64,000 nucleotides of DNA, taken from NCBI RefSeq assembly GCF_963921235.1, contig NC_086098.1, positions 155,620,001 to 155,684,000 on the forward strand, given 5' to 3'. The translations under genes and the position numbers were made by a program. Positions 61,296 through 64,000 of this stretch are shown in pieces (the first letter of the stretch is position 1; every line of letters begins with the position of its first letter). Source of the DNA: Mobula hypostoma (taxonomy: Eukaryota). The notes under the pieces are model-generated. The model was given only the letters and a program-made list of their open reading frames with translations. It was not told where the DNA came from and searched no databases.

Positions 61296-63325
61296 TAAGA
61301 CCATAAGACAAAGGAACAGAAAGCGGCCATTCGGCCCATCGAGTCTGCTCCGCTATTTTATCATGAGCTGATCCATTATCCCGTTTAGTCCCACTCCCCC
61401 GCCTTCTCACCATAACCTTTGATGCCCTGGCTACTCAGATATCTATCAATCTCTGCCTTAAATGCACCCAATGACTTGACCTCTACTGCCGCCCGTGGCA
61501 ACAAATTCCACAGATTCACCACCCCCTGGCTAAAAAAAAAATATTCGTATCCCTATTCTGAATGGGCGTCCTTCAATCCTTAAATCATGCCCTCTCGTAC
61601 TAAACTCCCCCGTCATGGGAAACAACCTTGCTACATCCACTCTGTCCATGCCTTTCAAAATTCAAAACGTTTTTATGAGGTCCCCCCTCATTCTTCTAAA
61701 CTCCAAGGAGTACAGACCAAGAGCTGTCAAACGTTCCTCATGTCTTAACCCTCTCATTCCCGGAATAATTCCAGTGAATCTTCTCTGAACCCTCTCCAAC
61801 GATAGCACATATTTTCTTAAATAAGGAGCCCCAAACTGCACACAGTACTCTAAGTGACGTCTTACCAGTGTTTTATAGAGCCTCAACATCACATCCCTGC
61901 TCCTATACTCTATTCCTCTAGAAATGAATGCCAACATTGCGTTCGCCTATTTCACCACTGACTCAACCTGGAGGTTAACCTTAAGGGTATCCTGTACGAG
62001 GACTCCCAAGTCCCGTTGCATCTCAGAACTTTGAATTCTCTTCCCATTTAAATAACAGTGTTCCCGTTTATTTCTTCTACCAAGGTGCATAACCATACAC
62101 TTTCCAACATTGTATTTCATTTGCCACTTCTTTGCCCATTCTCCCAATCTATCGAAGTCACTCTGCAGACTCTCCGTTTCCGCAGCACTACCAGACCCTC
62201 CACCTATCTTTGTATCATCAGCAAATTTAGCCACAAAGCTATTTATTCCATAATCCAAATCGTTGATGTACAACGTAAAAAGAAGCGCCCCCAACACGGA
62301 CCCTTGTGCAACACCACTGGTAACCGGCAGCCAACCAGAATAGGATCCCTTTATTCCCACTCTCTGTTTCCTGCCAATCAGCCAACGCTCTATCCACGTA
62401 TGTAACTTTCCTGTAATTCCATGGGCTCTTATCTTGTTAAGCAGCCTCATGTACGGCAGTTTGTTAAAGACCTTCTGAAAATCCAAATGCAGAACATCCA
62501 CTGCATCTCCCTTGTCTAGCCTACTTGTAATTTCCTCAAAAAATTGTAATAGGTTTGTCAGGCACGATTTTCCTTTAAGAAAACCATGCTGAGTTCTGCC
62601 TATCTTGTCATATGCCTCCAGAAACTCCGTAACCACATCCTTGACAATCGACTCCAATAACTTCTCAACCACCAATGTCAAACTAACAGGTCTATAATTT
62701 TTTTTTGGTTCCTTGCCCCCTTCTTAAATAGCGGAGTGACATTTGCAATCTTCCAGTCCTCCGGAACCATGCCAGAATCTATTGACTTTTGAAAGATCAT
62801 TGCTAATGCCTCCGCAATCTCCACAACTACTTCCTTCAGAACACGAGGGTGCTTTCCATCTGGTCCGGGAGATTTATCTACCCTCAGACTATTCAGCTTC
62901 CTGAGAACTTTCTCTGTCGTAATTGTGACTGCGCACACTTCTCTTCCCTGCCACCCTTGAGTGTCCGGTATACTGCTGTCTTCCTCAGTGAAGACTGATG
63001 CAAAATACTCGTTCAGTTCCTCCGCCGACCTGATTTTCCCAATCCGCTCGCATGTTAAAATCCCCCACAATTATCATAATACTGCCCTTCTGGCAAGCCT
63101 TTTCTATTTCCTGTTGTAATTTGTAATCCACATCACTGCAGCTGTTAGGAGTCCTGTATATAACTGCCATCAGTGTCCTTTTACCCGTGCGATTTCTTAG
63201 CTCAACCCATAAAGGTTCTGCACCTTCCGATCCTATGTCACCTCTTTCTAATGATTTAATATCATTTCTTACCAATAACGCCACTCCATCCCCTCTGCAT
63301 ACTTGCCTATACTTTCGATACACCG
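61296..63325 (-). mobile_element. Internally deleted CR1 in the cluster B J-C intron (sense to the gene)
   Basis: ORFs 61662-61937, 61947-62681, 62678-63070 and 62985-63323, and a cataagaccataagac tail. The site is empty in the ghost paralog (ggaacgttcctc|gtg at about 52007). Confidence 0.9.
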
Positions 63326-63452
63326 CGTATCGTGGCTGGATATTTGAAAAATGCCACTATTTGTTTCGAAGCCACTCTTAGACGACACAATTGTAATTAT
63401 TGTTCACGTAAGTATCAAAAGGCCAAACGCATTGATTTGATATTTTACTTAC

Positions 63453-63800
63453 TGCCGACTCCCAGCCTCGTTCCTTTGCCGAAGGTGCAAACATCTGATT
63501 TCCACAGAGCACAGTAATAGTCTGCCGCATCCTCCGACTGGACGCTCGATATTGTCAATGTTGCCGTGTTGCCTGATACTGAGCCGCCGAAACGGTTCGG
63601 AACTCCGGAGCCTCGGTAAATGCTGCTCCCCGAATAATAGGTGAACAGATACCGAGGAACTTTTCCGGGAACCTGCTGGTACCAGTAAATATTGCTACTT
63701 CCTAAAGAGGTTCCAGACAAGGTGCAGGGTATTTGAACGTTCTGCCCCGGGGATGTGGATTTCGAAGGTGGCTGATTCAGTGCAACTTCCGCGTTGATAT
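63453..63800 (-). CDS. IgL cluster B germline-joined VJ exon, intact
   Basis: Acceptor cttttccag|AT. Peptide INAEVALNQPPSKSTSPGQNVQIPC..WYQQVPGKVPRYLFTYYSGSSIYRGSGVPNRF..EDAADYYC-ALWKSDVCT-FGKGTRLGVG, then donor A|GTAAGT. The exon is 348 nt and in phase, with no RSS. Confidence 0.95.
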
Positions 63801-63924
63801 CTGGAAAAGTTCAGAGGGAAGAAACAATGTACCGAGATTAATATTAGAGTAATACCAGAAGTGCGAGAAAAATATCATTGAATGGTGTTCGAGATTCAAT
63901 ATAATGTCCATAGAAAATACTCAC

Positions 63925-63973
63925 AAATTGCAGTGAAAACCAGCGTACTGACCACATATACCCAGCAAGACAT
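63925..63973 (-). CDS. IgL cluster B leader exon (MSCWVYVVSTLVFTAI)
   Basis: ATG at 63973, a hydrophobic signal peptide, a phase-1 donor T|GTGAGT and a 124-nt intron. The promoter lies beyond the window end. Confidence 0.9.
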
Positions 63974-64000
63974 TGTAATTAATTGAGTGAAGCTCACACA

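Noticed and set aside
562-62405. The many short ORFs in the six-frame track outside Ig exons and TE coding frames
   Set aside because: They are antisense or alternate frames of TEs, or random ORFs in duplicated flanks, and show no splice structure or recognisable domain.
63503-63516. Two adjacent cryptic RSS heptamers (CACAGAG, CACAGTA) at the YYC of cluster B
   Set aside because: TACTGTG is a by-product of Tyr-Cys-Ala codons in many V genes, and there is no nonamer at 12- or 23-bp spacing.
1-64000. CRISPR arrays, rRNA or prokaryote-type operons
   Set aside because: No regularly spaced repeat-spacer array or rRNA-like sequence was seen; the window is eukaryotic, intron-containing DNA.

Overview
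Vertebrate genomic DNA, almost certainly from a cartilaginous fish (possibly a batoid), judged from the Ig light-chain architecture and the CR1/Penelope/V-SINE repeat content. The window holds two cluster-type immunoglobulin light-chain genes in tail-to-tail orientation. Both have germline-joined VJ exons and no RSS. Cluster A (+; leader 18688-18730, VJ 18832-19181, C 23450-23778) keeps its octamer promoter, splice sites, intact C exon and polyA signal. Its VJ exon has a 1-nt deletion plus an adjacent TAA, so it is a pseudogene as assembled. Cluster B (-; leader 63925-63973, VJ 63453-63800, C 57141-57463) is fully open and has a shark lambda/type II-like C. The two C domains are only about 42% identical by my hand alignment, and both V domains have long CDR2s. 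Between them lie exon-less ghost copies of both cluster types (about 35.9-52.1 kb): flanks and introns survive, but every Ig exon is missing at a retroelement or a deletion junction. About half of the window is transposable elements, often nested with readable target-site duplications: CR1, Penelope-like elements carrying minimal hammerhead ribozyme motifs, Rex1/Babar, an internally deleted Ty3/Gypsy element and solo LTRs, hAT/Buster elements and V-SINEs. All alignments and counts were done by eye, and non-exon boundaries are approximate.
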